Part shown: in pieces, positions 25,307-38,507 of the stretch
How the letters are laid out: each line of letters opens with the position of its first letter
Numbering within the stretch: the first letter of the stretch is position 1
Origin: Paraspadella gotoi
Taxonomy: Eukaryota; Animalia; Chaetognatha
Direction of reading: 5' to 3'
Length of the DNA stretch: 64,000 nt
Assembly: GCA_051294375.1 (NCBI GenBank)
Contig: CM119270.1
Location: forward strand, 1,982,787 to 2,046,786
Translations under genes and position numbers: made by a program
The notes under the pieces: model-generated
Database searches by the model: none
What the model saw: only the letters and a program-made list of their open reading frames with translations
What the model was told of the DNA's origin: nothing

Positions 25307-27599
25307 GAGACGAGAGAGAGAGAGAGAGGGGGAAGATAGTGTCATCTTTCCTTCCCATATTCTTATCTCTTTTTACTTCCTTTTGTTTCCTCTTTTTAAT
25401 TTTCGACTATTATTNNNNNNNNNNNNNNNNNNNNNNNNNATTGCTCATTTGTTACGACCAGAAAAAGAGAGAACCCGCGTACAAAATCTAAGGGACTGCC
25501 TAGACCCGGCCCGCCGTTACAAAAAGAGAAAGGAGCAAATATGAAAACATATATTGAGTTAAGGTATCTCATTCGGCTAGATGAATTAAGTATCTCTCGG
25601 CAAATCTCTTCAAACTCTTTTCTTCCTTACCTCGGGGGCGACATCGGCGGAGTTTCGGATGGTAAAACCAGATACCGGGAGTATATAGGAATAACGTGGA
25701 TGCACCGGACACTATTTTTGCGCTATGAGGTTAACCAAACTCCTCCTTGATTAGAATAGCACCTAGTAAGAGAATTAAAGCTTTTTTTAGTCAAATTTCC
25801 CGTTTTCACGGGTGTTAATATACTTTCTACTCTGTTAGGTCCGGCCACGGCTCCCTCGGATTTCGTATCTGTGATTTGTCCGGGACTGTCGGCACTGGAA
25901 GAACATTTTAAATGTGTGAAATAAAGTCCACCCTGGGCCGAAGGCGCAGAACAGACGCGGGGTAGAATGCGCCGATAATCTTGTCCTAATTGAATGCAAT
26001 AAAAACACGTGTTGTTGGAGGAAATGCGGAGAGAGAGAGGAACCAGTACTATGGGGTCTCGTGCTATAAACCCTCACTTTTGATTAGACGACCGGGACGA
26101 GAGTTTCATAGGACGTTCACCCGTTGGGGATTCTTGGAAAATTCCACGACCTAAATTAACCCCACTCACCCGGCCCCGACCGAGGGAACAATGAAGGATG
26201 AAAGGAGCCTTGGGTTGTTGAAGCTTCGAGCAAATAATGTGCAGATCCCGTCGATATTTCCTGGCTACGGGTCGTCGGACGACATCACTTTCGTTGGACG
26301 TCGGAACGTAGGAGGGAGTCGACTGCCGGGTAGAGTACCTCGACTTCTGTATTCCGGGCCATGCGGCCCGCATTCAGGCCAACGTGTTGTAAATTTTAAT
26401 TAAACAAAACCGACAATAAAAAATGCTACAGACCAACAGCAATAAACCAGCCAGTCCACGGTTGACCAGAAAAAAAAATTGATGAACCTTCAAAAAAAGA
26501 CAATACCTTTGCACTTAGAAATCCAGAGTGAAGGCATGTCTTCGAGCAAGAGGACAATGAAACACGAAGAAAATGATCCCTCCACTATTTGAAACAAAAA
26601 TCGGCCCTCTGGACTCCGTCACCGTACTTGGGGACGCGAGCCATCCCTGCCACACCCGATCCACGAAATCTCATCGGTTCTGGAAGGATACATAGGATTT
26701 ACCTCCTAAAAACCATAACAAGGAAGATAATGAAATACAAGAAGAGTGGTTACACGTAGACACATTCCCGTTTTAACACCTTTAAAATTGTTCCGTCAAA
26801 TCTATTCCAAATGCCTATTCAGAGAGGCGAGAGAGAGAGGGAAGGGAGGGGGAGAGAGAGATTAAATAAGGTATAAGAGAGAGATGAAAGATTTTTGAGA
26901 GAGTTTAACGATGAATGCGTATAGAGTGGACTTGAGGAATACCAGCCAAAGAGCTCATATTTTATGGTCTTCGAAACTTACTCCAGGAAATAATATTAGC
27001 CTCCGGACGAAAAGGACCCATAAACATGCGATGCGAAGAATATCAGACTCTGACAGACTCCAGCCGATCCAGAAACAGGGACAAATCCCACGACCGTCGA
27101 ACCGTTCTCACTTAAGCACCCGACAGATTTAGCCGATGGAGAGTAGAGGACTGAGAGGATGGAGAAGAAGCGAGAGAGCTTAGAGAGAGACTTCCCAAAG
27201 AGCGATCGAGAATAAGAGCTCCTCCAAGTTGCGAGAAGAGAGTGTGCATGAATGGGAGATGGAGAGCAGAGAGACTCGAAGAATGCATGTACGAGAGAAG
27301 CGGCGGGTATATTGTCATTGTCTGTGGTCGACTTCACCATGTTATTATCCGTCGTCTGGTTTAGGCTTCCCTTCTCGTTTCTCCTTTTATATCTTCGACT
27401 ATCTCATTCACGTCCGCGACGGGTGCTCAAAGCTCCTCCGTTCCTGCGGAGAACTCTCAGGCTACTCCCTCTTCCTTTGTGTCTGGTTTCCAATTCCCCA
27501 TTTCGATTTTCTCAACACCAGCTTCCTCTTTGACACAGTGAGAGGCGTGGCGTGCTATCGATTATCAACAAACTAGCACCGTAATTTTTGACGATGTCG

Positions 27600-30500
27600 A
27601 GAAGTTTTTTACTCTTTCACATTTTGACCTTCGACTCCAAATGTTCCGGCCACAATTTAGTTCCCACTTTCCTTCGATCTTTTGCGCCCAATCCAAATCT
27701 TGGCTCCACCATATTACCTCATCAAACTATCTTACTACGTAGCCCAGTCCAATGACAATCCGTCTCAATCGTTCGGAATTGTCTTTCCTTTCCGTGTTCA
27801 TCAGTTTAACGCAGAAGAAAAAAGTTAACCGAGTGGCTTATTGCAGAATTCACCCGGTATAAACATCCGCTTTCTTAAAATAGATATGAGAAAATAAATA
27901 AATAAAAGTAAAAGTTTTGCGCTTTAGCTGGAAAGCTTTATCATACGAAAATTCGTGAAAAGTCAATTGCTTAAAAAAAATAAAGATTACAACATTAACC
28001 CATCAGTGGTAATCATTAATTTATCTAATTTTAATAGTTTTTTTTTTAATTTTCGCAGGTAGGCTATTTATTACGTATAAGTACTATTCGTTTTTATAAT
28101 AATATTCTAAAAAAATGTCAAAATAAAAGTGTGCTTTTTTCCTCTAAATTGTGTGTAAATGTTTTTTGCACGATTTGATATTTTCCTTTATGGTAAAAAA
28201 GTTTTGCATTAAAATTTAAGATAATACAAATTAATTTTTTTAAATAAATAATTACACAACTAATACTAACTATTAACATTATGTAGGATTTCTGATGTTA
28301 AATTATATATTATTAAACTAGTAAAAATACTATGATATGTTTCTATGATTATATCTATGGCTATATGTATTTTAAAAATAAGGTTATTTTTTCAGCTAAT
28401 AATAATAGTAGGGAAAAATTTTTTTATAAATATAATTTTGAACCTCCACATATATAAAATGAAGAGTGGATGAATATTCTCGCTCAAGATTAAGGTAGGG
28501 TCCCTTATAATATTTATCACTAAAAGAGAATAAAAAAATAAATTCAAATCTACCGAATCACTGTGTATTTTCGTTTTCCTCCCACTCAAAAAATCAGTCG
28601 TGAGAAGTCGCAGCTATTCTGCTAATACACAACCCAGCCCTTAAGTAAAACAAGCACCCCCTGGGCTTCCTCCTCTTCCTCTTTGTACATATCTTTTCTA
28701 CAACATTCTCAATTTCAATGACTATAAATCAATCCGGACCCCTCGCGCTAACCCGTATAAACTCTATGCGCGACATCGGTTTTCAACCATATAGGCCGGT
28801 GCGTTAACACTGGAATCCTGTGAAGACGAACCCGTTGTCCTGGATTAAGCAAGTTTATTTATTAGCGAAGTAAAAGTAGTATAGGTATATATTGACAATA
28901 TAGCAGAGAGGATGGGACTTCATTTGAGAGGAAGGAGAAGTAGTGTATGAAGAGGTTGGTTGGTTCCGTGCACTTTTAGAATTTTTGGAAGAGTTAAATG
29001 AGGTTATATTAAGAAATTTTACTAGACGCCTACAGGGACAAATGACGGGAAGAGCATAGGAAGTTACGGTTCCGGGTCTTAATATGTATCATGATATTAG
29101 TTTTTGATCTTCTTTCTGGTATTCAACATTCTTCTCGATTCCACGGAATAGAAGTAGCTAGCATTATTTGTTGTTGACGTGCACCTTGCCTCCTTTTGCA
29201 AGCATCCGCTGCTGTCGCGTTGTCGGCTGATCGCGGCCGTTCTCCGCTGTCGCCGCTGACGACGCGGGCGAACATAGATATATTCATTGTATTATATTTG
29301 TTCTTTCCTTTTTTAGTCGTTCATGACGGGATTAGTAAAAAACATTCTACCAGACGTCTCTAATGATGGCATCAGGCTCTGCTTGGTCGTTTCGGTGTGC
29401 TGGCGACTCATTATTTCCTCTCCCTCTAGAGATGGCCGCCATAAAGCGATATATGTATAAATAGGCACAGATGCATCCGTAATGTATTCGTTTTGACTAT
29501 GTTCGTTTTGCTACAAGGAACAGGAAAATTGAAGAACCCAGATGCCTTCCGCATGACTGTGGAGTTCTTTTCAATTATCGTAAGGCATTTTGGCGTAAAT
29601 CAACAGCTCCAGTGAATATGAAGTGGCTTAAATTAACACAACTTGTTATGGACGCGCCTCATATTTATATATTTTATACCATCTGCACGAATGAAATTGC
29701 ATTTAACCTAATAACCCAACTTATTTCTTCGCTGCAATAGAACTCATGTTTTAACTGTTCCAAATTTAAATAGTTGTAAAATTCGCCCAAAATTCCACGC
29801 TATTGAACTAACAAACCTAAGTAAAATAGACGCGATGAGACCAACATAACAAGCGAACCTCCCTCTCTTATAACCAAGGGATGCACGATACGGGTTACCG
29901 TCCAAGACGCGCTCGAATTTGGGTTTATAGTATTGGAAGGTTTGCTACAGTAATATTCTGCGGCCGTCCTGGTTTGCCACACGGTCTTTCCCCTCCCTTG
30001 TTATCACGGGTCGGTAAGTGTACGGAAAGTGCGAATTCTGAAATTCCGTTTTGTTTGTCTCTATTTCTTTTTAATTATTTGAACTCGCCCATGGAATTAA
30101 ATACGATCAAGCGGATCTAGCTCGCAGAACCAGGGTGAGGTTTCATCCGATGACCGTACCATCCGTATGCCAGCTTTCCGGGCGAGAAAATAATTGCTTC
30201 TAAACAAGTTTGCCGAGCCGTGAATTCTGGAAAAGGATGTCTTTACCAACGGGCATCTTTTGGATTAAGGTCGGAATCTATGATGTAAATTGAGGCGTGT
30301 TTTCGTTTGGCCGGATTTGACTCTCGAAAGAGAGTAGCTAAAAAAAAACTAAAATTAGGAGAGAGAAATGGGCAAATCAATAATCGATAGTTTGAATAGG
30401 TTATTAAAATAGACACCAAGCTAATAGAAAACCAACGGAAACCATAGAGAGTTAGAAGTAAAATAAAATGAAAATATTATAATGAAGAAAGTGGAATCTA

Positions 30501-31450
30501 AAACATCAAAAAAGCGGGAGAGAGGAAAAGAGAAAGGGAAGAAGAAACAAGAGAAAGGAAGGAAGGAGTGAGGAAACATCGAATGAGGACTCAGAAAATT
30601 CGAGCATAAGGTCCGCATGCTACCCTGCATTCAGTATCGGCTAGGTGATATATACACGCTGTGTAAAACTTCTTTTTGCGTGAAGGTCAAAACTAGGATT
30701 ATCGATCCAACCGGGTCTCATCTCCTGGGCGGCCGGCTCAATACGATCTGCTTCAAACCCTAACAGAACGGCTCGGGTAATCGGGATCCACACCTGCCGT
30801 CTTCCAAACTAGACCAAGGGAAATAACTGCTTCATCTCGCCGAGACAGAGGGAGAGAAGCGAACCCGATACGTGGGCGGTGTCCCGGGTGGCTTTCTTTT
30901 TCGATCGGGAGACGTTGCGACAGACGGGATCTCCCGATCGGTTCCTCGACGGCACGACGGCGAGACGCGTCCTGAGAGTGGGAGGACCTCGAGTTCAAGA
31001 GGGCAGAGAGAGGACAGGGCGCCATCCTCATGCCAGAGAGTTTCCGACCGACCGACGAGACGGTCGGCCTCCGGAAAGTGTAAGCTCGCTGACCGATACC
31101 TAGCGACGAGGAGAGACGACCGGCAGTGAGTCGCAGATACGAGAACGAGAAGGAATTGGAGTTCTGTCTCATCTCCTTAGTTTATCGAAAAAGAGAAAAA
31201 AAAAACTTTTCTCAACCGCTATATCGGAAATTATTCTAAGAAGGGAATTCTCGAGATGACCAAGTTTTGTCTGGGTTTTCTTTATCTCTGAAAACTTTCC
31301 TAATACTTCCCATCTTTCCTCTCGGTTTCTCTCTTATTTATCTCGAGTACCTATCTGGTTTGGTAGTTCCGGTTTACTCTCTCCATCTCTCCTTCCGCTA
31401 CTCACCTACCTCTTTCTTTCTCGTTCTCTGCTCCTCTCTCTCCTCTCTCT
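27600..31450 (-). repeat. Very noisy inverted copy of ~22950-24900, including a garbled copy of the TMTC exon (~28550-29440)
   Basis: 31150-31380 is the reverse complement of 22980-23200. GGCGACTCATTATTTCC...AGATGGCCGCC at ~29400 mirrors 23897-23935. 27600-27880 mirrors 24660-24900. Confidence 0.75.
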
Positions 31451-32038
31451 CTCTCTCGTCTCTCTCTCTCTCTCTCTTTGTTCTCATCGCTATCTCTCTC
31501 CCTCTCTCTCTCTCCTCTCTCTCTCTTTCTCTTCTCGTCTCTCTCTCTCATCGCCTTCTCTCTCTCACGTCGCCTCCTAACCACTACTCTCCCAATTCTC
31601 TTCTACAAACACATCTCGTCCCCAATCAACACACCCATTCCAATGATTACAAAACTCATTCTTGCCTAATCTCTTTTCAAATTGCCATTAAAATATCGGA
31701 TTGAACGCTGACATTTCTTCTTCATTCATTCCTACACAAAAAAAAACCTACTATTTCAAACTAATAAACATTCATTGTAAGACATAATCCCCTTCCCAAT
31801 TTTCACCCGCACGTCACGATTTTTTTCCTCGTCACGCCAATCGATAGATATTAAGCCAACGACGCCTCGAGGGTCAACTTCTTCCTCCGACCGGGCAAGA
31901 GGCGTCTCGCTCCATTTAACTCATTGCCCCATTTTTTCTTTTCCTTTTTGTTTCTCCGCGAAATTTGAGGTTTTTTTTCTACCTCTGGATTATCGAGTCT
32001 GAACTTTTGTTCCTGTTAACTTGAATTCGGATGAAAGA

Positions 32039-32071
<33 letters not shown>

Positions 32072-32104
32072 CAGAGAGATAACGAGAGAGATGAGTAGCT
32101 GCAG

Positions 32105-32135
<31 letters not shown>

Positions 32136-33428
32136 GGAAAGAGAGAGAAGAGTAAAATGAGATGAATGGAAACAAAACATTAATAAGGAGAAATTGCGGA
32201 AAAGTATAAAAGCAGTACCTGAAGGAAAAGACAGAAAGAAAAAGAAAAAAAGACAAGAAAAAGAAAAACACAAGAAAGAAACAAAGAAAGAAAGAAGAAA
32301 GAAAGAAAGAAAGAAAGCAGAAGAAAATTAGTGGTGGTCATTGTCACTTAATAGAAACATAAAAGAAGCACTCTTTAATCAAGTCGATGTGAGCGGACGG
32401 AGCATGGCATGTCGGATCTTCTCACATCGAAACCTCGATGCTATACCGAAGATGTTATGAAGCTTGTCGTACGACTTAACTACGAAAAACAACCTCAATT
32501 ACTAGTGTATATACGTCCCCTGTAATACAAATTGTATTACGAATTTTAATTGGGTATTATTATGATAAATTTTGTTGAACGAATTTTTTTGCTTTTATAA
32601 GTTTGACAAGGCTTATGGAGGCCGATTTTGGGCGGAGGACTTTCTTGTCCTTAAATTAAGAACCGCAAACCATTCATTAGTCACGTGGGATCCATGGAGG
32701 ACATCGTTGAATACATGACCCATAAATTATGGAATCTTTTTGCAAACTATCTGTCTACTAGTTATTCATCTGATTTCTCCCTTGTAAAAGTTTCTTTAGC
32801 GGACGCGCTGCCGGATCGCGCCATGACCGGATCGAGGGAGAGCAGAGTTCCTCAGTAGAGCAGTTGCGATAGGACCGCAGTCAGCAGACGAACGCGCAGC
32901 GTCTGGCAACGTCAACGTTGAGTTGCTCTGGACAGGGTGCAGGAGAGAGCGTTGGAGTTTCGGACCAGCTAGCAGACAGTACGGAAGCCACAAGAGCCAG
33001 ATAACGAGAGTATGCGTATGCAGTAACAGGTGCATCGATCTGATGAGCCTCAGCTAGAGGCGACCGCAGGCAAGGATACGACGCTGAGCATTCGCCGTAA
33101 CTTGCATGAACAACGAAGTCAGCCTTTCGTCGTTAGGAGCCACACGAGAGATGTCGAGACGATACATAGATCGGGCGCGAAGGCCACGAGTTGTCGAGAC
33201 TCTAGATCCGCAGACGCGTGTGTGTATGCGAGGTCTGACAGATGAGGCCCGTCCAGTCGGATCCTAGACATCGAAGAGAGCAGTTGGACGGACTGTATGC
33301 CGCGGTCGTGAACAGTGCATGCTCCCGAACGGGGCGGTCGGGGGTCGGTGCCCAAGCCGGTGAGGAAGAAAAGACAAGAAGAAGACAAGAGAAGAAAAAT
33401 TGTGTGAAGATCGCTCGCTTTTCTTTAG

Positions 33429-33895
33429 TCTGGACTCCCGAGAATATGGCGATGGAGACGTTCGCGTTCTGTGTGATGATCACGGATTCCCTCAACGCCA
33501 CCAGAGTCTCCTCATGCCGAGTCCAATCAGGTCGTCGCCACCAACACTTTGCTCAAAGCCTCGGCGACGGCGACGCAGGGGGTTTCGAGAGCTCTCGCGA
33601 GTCCTCGTCCTTTGCTTCAGGTTGAGAGAGAGGAGAGAGAGAATATTGATATTTGAATATGCGATTAATCTGTCTAATCTTCTGTGTTGCCTCTCCTCCA
33701 AGACTCTGCCTTTCAGATCAAATCTCGGAGGATTACAAAGAATTAAAGACTCCTCTCCGCACATTGCTATCAAAACATACACGGCCTCGGAGTTGATTCG
33801 TTTGGCGCCTGCGCAAGCGCTAGGGAGACGACGACGACGCGGCGAGACGACCGATGAAGGGACGACGACGACGGCGGCAAAGTCGCGAGGACGAG
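33429..33895 (+). CDS. Candidate two internal exons (33429-33620 and 33717-33895) of an unidentified gene
   Basis: Acceptor ttttctttag|, donor AG|GTTGAG, a 96-nt intron with CTAAT branch-like site and ctttcag| acceptor, then donor GAG|GTGAAA. The spliced frame is open (LDSREYGDGDVRVLCDDHGFPQRHQSLLMPSP...LSRVLVLCFR|SNLGGLQRIKDSSPHIAIKTYTASELIRLAP...). No homology recognised. Confidence 0.4.
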
Positions 33896-34102
33896 GTGAA
33901 AGGGGGGGGGTTGGAAAGTATTTAGTGAGAGGCAGCGGAAAAGAGGTTAATCGCCGACTTTTGTTTTTTAATTGATTTAAATGTGAGGATAAATAAATTC
34001 TGCTTCTTTTTTTTTTTCTCTCTAGTCTTCCCCCTTTTGCATCTTATCGGATCCTCTCCCTCATTAACTCTTCTCTCTTCCAGCTGAGCGAACGCCTCTT
34101 GA

Positions 34103-34239
34103 AATGAGCAACCAACTATAGGCAAATTATTTGCATTTTTAATGTAAGTGGGACAGACCGTCTGACCGACCGACAGACAGACCGACCGAAAAGTGAATTA
34201 CAGAGTTACTCCGCGAGTACTCGCGGCGCAACTAAAAAA
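34103..34239 (-). mobile_element. HINE/DINE-1-like non-autonomous element, partial copy
   Basis: GAGCAACCAACTATA...GGGACAGACCG(ACMG)n...AGTTACTCCGCGAGTACTCGCGGCGCAACT (30-bp near-palindrome at 34204-34233), followed by an A run. Confidence 0.75.
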
Positions 34240-34869
34240 GAATTTCGCGTTTCACGTTTTCACCTTGCTTCGTCGCTGTCGTTCACGGCGCCCGTTGATC
34301 ACGTGAATAAACCATCATCACGTGATCTATGGTTGGGAGTTCGAGACTCCAGTCACGTGTGAGAGAGTTGGGAGCGTGAGAAGTTAGTGGCTGTGATCAC
34401 CAACCTCGGTTTTTTTTTGGCAGAATCGTCGTATGATAAATTTAGTCAATTTAGTTTTTAATAGTTAACTATTAATCAACAGAGTTTTTTCATAAAACTC
34501 TCTTTTATTAATGAACCATAAAAACCTCGATCAATTCGAGGTTGTGATAAAAACGTGAGTTTGTCAATGACAATCAGGTGAACGAATCTATTTAACCACG
34601 GAGCGCAAAAGAGAGTTTTGTTTACAGCGGTCTTCTCAGTTAATCACAAAACGAAGTAAGAAAAAAAGAATGTTATTCCTCTCTCTCTCTCTCTCTCNNN
34701 NNNNNNNNNNNNNNNNNNNNNNCCTCTCATCAGTCCATCGCACTTTGGTTAAAGAGCCGTCTCTCGGTCTCTCTCTCCGGTTGTCCGTCTCTCCTTCTCT
34801 CCCCTTCTCTCTCTCTCTCTGGGTGTCCCTCGTCTCTCTCAAGAAACTCTTTAAAAAAAATCTCCGGGA

Positions 34870-37800
34870 CATAATGCTCTTTTTCTTTAAAGATGTACTG
34901 TATGATGGGCTACAGTTAATTTGCATTTTCTTGTGAAGAAACTTAAGAAGTTGGCTGGCGACCTCCAAGTGGTAAGTCGCCCGATCTCTTTCTTGGCATC
35001 TTCAACATCCGAAACGATGGGGTGAGAGTTGCCCACTACGAACTTTCGACGTTCTTCCGCCTCTGAGTTCAGAGAAGATTCGACCCATCGAAGGGGACCC
35101 GGCATGTTTGCCACAAGGTGGAGAACCCAACCGCGTAAGTTGACAGCAGTACCCAAAGATCGCTTATAAGAAAGTTACCCCGAGAGAGCTTGCATGTTAG
35201 CGCACATGAAGTAAGGTAAACACAAATCTTTCTGGTCTCTTGTACAATGTCGACAAAAGCGCCGCCGCCCCCATATACGCGGAGGACATCAAACTGGTCG
35301 AAAGGTGAGACATCGTTTTCCCCTGGGATTTCGCCGTTCAAGAGTCGCTAACCTCATTCCGGTCCTGTGACCTCTTGAGTCGTCAACAGGCGTGCGGTCA
35401 GAGATTTTAGCAGTAACGAAACGAAGGCCGAAACTCCCGCCTAAGGGAATATGCTGAAGTAATGCCCCGTTGCAAATAAAAGGTCGTAAAAGGCGTGAGT
35501 CCGATACGCTGGAGAACTCGAGTTTTGTCTCATTGGTGATACGTTTACTCGCGACTCTCATCCAGTCGACCAATGAGGACGCCACATACAAGACCCTTAA
35601 AAGACGAATATGTAGCACATTCAATAGCGCAATAAGTGTACTGTCACCGACCAACCTCGTTAAGGGCCAAGCTGAACGCAATGAAAACGATCCACCAACG
35701 CGCATATACCGTGGAAAAAAGGACGCAATTGACTGATCAAAAGAAATGACAATGACGAATGATGGACGATTGCCCACTGACGTGCAAAGAAGTCAGAGCC
35801 GAAAACGGAAACAGTACTGTCTACCATTTTGGGTTCCGGGCTCAGCCCTTCCCTCTCTTTCATATTCCCTACGGCTGCACAATATTGGAAAATAAGTTTC
35901 CTACTTTTCTCCGCCTAAGTTGTTGAGACATCGACTGAAGGCACATAAGAGCGAGAGCGAATATGTCTTCCCTTCATTCTTTCTTATATATTTGGAGGTG
36001 TCTTCCCCATTCTCCTTCGGGTTGTCAAGGCACATCTTCCCAAAGTAGACAGCCGAGAGGCAACTCCACAAGCCGAATATTCCTGGGGGACGAGAGGAGA
36101 GGGGTTTGTTCTCTGTTCGAGGAGAATTCCGCGTTCGCCTCAGAAGGGAGGGAGGAGGAGAAAGGAGGGGAAATCGGAATGAACGGATGTAAGGGATCGT
36201 GAAGGATCTCCAAAGGCAAGTAGAAGTTAATATAGTAAATAGAAGACGAGGGAGGAACTGCGTTTGGACAGATGGTAGTAGACTAATTCGCGCACGCGAG
36301 TACTCGGCGGAGCAATTTTGGGTCGAGAGTGCCAAGAGGAGGAAGGGAGAGAGAAGAAGCTCCGATCGAAGCTAGTCCGGTCTACTATAGACGGGTTTGT
36401 GGGAAGAGGGGTACAACAGCGGTAGGGGTATCTATTCGGAGGTCTCTTTTATTGTATTGTGTTTACTGGATTTCTTTTCAGGTAGTGAATGGGTACACGC
36501 TCAGTCTTATACGAGAGTTGAATAAAATAATGTAATCCATAGAATTTAGCCTTTATTTTGCTTGTAGGTTAAGTTAAGTTACTCCACTTATAACTCTCGT
36601 CGTAATCTGTTGTTTAAGTTCCTTATTCCGCCCTGTATATCGAGTAAAGAGGCCACGGAAAACACCCGTCACGCTTGAAAAAACCCATTTTCTAGTAACG
36701 TTCTCATATGTACGGACTGGCAAAGTGAAAACAGTGAGGGGCCGCCATTTACACGAAAGAGCAATATGCAAACTAATAGGAATACTTTGGGAGGATATAT
36801 AGGATATAGGAATTTTAATATAGCTTAGGAAGTTGGGAGCATAGTCGTGTGGGTTGCTTATTGACTGTTTGTCCATGATAAAACGTTAGTGATCCTGGAG
36901 TTGACCGGCCGGGCGGCGATACCAAACATATTGTGGATATAGAGCGAAGAGGGTACTCTCTTGTTGATGATTTTGAGCCTTTTCCTGAACTTATCTGTTT
37001 TTCATACCGACCTCCCGATCCCTTTTCCACCCGAACTCTTTTATTTAATTCGTTTGACGTGTTTTTTTTAGATTGTGTCAAATACCCTACTCATGACGTG
37101 CATAAGTGAAACAGGCCGAAAGAGTGAGAAGACCAGTACACAGATGACGACGTAAGCTTATATGAGGAGGGCACTTCGCTGTAGTTTAGTTCCATACTAC
37201 GGGATATGGGATTTCCCAGTTTGTGCACTATGGCAATCGCTCCCTTACTTGGAAATGGCTTGAGTCTTTGAAGTCAATGTTCCGACTGCACACAGAGTAC
37301 ATCGACATCAATCCCACATAAATCTGGACATTTTGATCCCTCGTTCGAACTCTTCTCCGCCAAATTATACACCCCAGGATAAAAACAACAAACCGAAACC
37401 GGCGAGGAACCGGAGAAAAAAAGTACACATCCTTCTGGACTGAAGCTGAATAAACGCAGCGGTCCTGACCGCTCGAGCGTGCCAAGGAATATTCTTGGGA
37501 ACCTCGGCCGTTACGGCGACTCTGTCCACTCCACCGCCCACTCCTACAGCCACCGGCTGCCATCCTCCCAATCTCCATCAATATATTTTACAGCTGGCCG
37601 AAACCAAAAATTCAATGGATTCGTCGGCTTCCACAACTTTTTCTTGTTTTGGTCTTTTCTCTTTTTGGTCTGATTCTTTTTACTTTGTTTTTTAAAGGAT
37701 ATAAAAAGTCGTGTCAGCTCAGGAAGCGACCGGAACGATGATTTAGAATAAGTACTGACGATGAATATCAAGAGGGATGCCACTCGATTATAGATCCAGA
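34870..37800 (+). repeat. Insertion-inflated, low-accuracy copy of ~37820-39130
   Basis: Ordered anchors: GAAGAAACTTAA...GTTGGCTGGCGA (34935 vs 37850), CGCGAGTACTC (36295 vs 38520), TTTCCTGAACTTATCTGTTTT (36980 vs 38800) and CCAATCTCCATCAATAT (37570 vs 38965). Starts after a 25-N gap. Confidence 0.75.
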
Positions 37801-38507
37801 CGATGGGGCACAGGTTAAAGTTCATGTATAGTTAATTTTTTTTTTTTGAAGAAACTTAAAAGTTGGCTGGCGATCCAAGGTAAGCTTTTCTTGGCATCTC
37901 AACCAAACGATGGGTAAGTGACCTCGACGTTCTCGAGCCAAAAGTGTCGCTCACTGTTTCCACAAGTTGAACAACCTTAACTTGACAGCTAAAATGCCAA
38001 CCAATTTTTAGCCACTGAAAAGTAAAAACAACAATTTTTTTTTTAAATTCGACGTCGCTAGGCAACGGTCGACCGTTTCCTGGATTCGCCGTCAGAGTCG
38101 CTACCGTCGTCTCAGGTCTCAGTTTTTACGAAAGGCGAAACGAAAAACTAATTTGTAAAATCGAAAAGCGAAACGACGACGATGACGACGACAAAGACGA
38201 CAACAACGACGATAACGACGACGACACCCGACGACTAAAACGACGAAAAAGACGACAATGACGATCAAAATGACAATGACGATGATGACGATGATGACGA
38301 CGACGTCTGTCTAATTTGTTCCGCTACTTCTCTTCAACCCTTTGAAAATTCATTAGACATTCGCATAAAGGCTTTTTTTTTGTCTTCGTTGTCAGGAACA
38401 ACGCGAATAAACAAGGATTTCTTGGGGGGAGAGAGGGGTTTGTTTGTTCGTGGGGTCGAATGACTTGGATCTAGTTAACATGAATTAAAATTAACGATTC
38501 GTTGCGA

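Noticed and set aside
32760-33340. GC-rich ORFs (also at 25.8-27.6 kb, 30.7-31.1 kb and 35-37.6 kb)
   Set aside because: No recognisable homology or splice structure. They lie in or next to insertion-inflated low-quality sequence.
36715-36765. Peptide SCKWRPLTVFTL on the minus strand, resembling TMTC SHKSYRPLTVLTF
   Set aside because: It is on the wrong strand for the TMTC exon and lies in the noisy copy of the HINE core (GACTGCAAGCGCCGCC at ~38695), so it is probably coincidental.
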